Translations under genes and position numbers: made by a program
Notes under the pieces: model-generated
What the model was told of the DNA's origin: nothing
The model's database searches: none
What the model saw: only the letters and a program-made list of their open reading frames with translations
NCBI GenBank assembly: GCA_964515925.1
Contig: CAZEYP010000007.1
Location: forward strand, 1-62,971
Direction of reading: 5' to 3'
Length of the DNA: 62,971 nucleotides
DNA from: an uncultured Nitrospirota bacterium
GTDB taxonomy: Bacteria > Nitrospirota > Thermodesulfovibrionia > Thermodesulfovibrionales > JdFR-85
Shown: positions 62,925-62,971 of the stretch, one piece after another
Layout of the letters: each line of letters begins with the position of its first letter
Position numbering within the stretch: the stretch's first letter is position 1

Positions 62925-62971
62925 AGCGTGTAGGGGGTAGGGACATGAGTGGTGAGTTTAGGATTTCAGAT

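Overview
About 63 kb of bacterial chromosomal DNA. Gene content suggests an anaerobic, flagellated Nitrospirota/deltaproteobacteria-like organism; this is an impression and was not verified. There are four blocks. (1) 1-18.8 kb: a glycosyltransferase cluster (probably flagellin or surface glycosylation), then a perfect sigma-28 promoter upstream of a response-regulator/HD-GYP/PilZ/histidine-kinase module and DUF763. (2) About 18.9-45.8 kb: a patchy heavy-metal/redox accessory region. It holds MerR, CopC, a polyferredoxin, a heavily disabled ccdA/ccmH/tlpA/ccmABC locus, an IS110 element, three YHS-domain proteins and CopA. It also holds an ArsR-controlled operon with four in-frame TGA codons at Cys-type positions in three genes (TlpA-like UxxC, MerT-like CU, and a DUF5714-DUF2284 fusion with two TGAs). 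This putative selenoprotein operon is bracketed by two 545-bp identical Uma2 gene copies. The block also contains two copies of a 37-bp palindrome at gene breakpoints and a repeated TTCAYA-N5-TTCAYA-N9-TAnnnT promoter architecture. (3) 45.9-56 kb: housekeeping genes (hemY, ilvD, rpiB, rimO, nadA and others). (4) 56-63 kb: a nitrogen-regulation cluster with three P-II genes (two identical), two Amt, a NifA-like activator, a TorF-like porin and a sigma-54 promoter. All family assignments come from motif recognition by eye. No database search or folding program was run.
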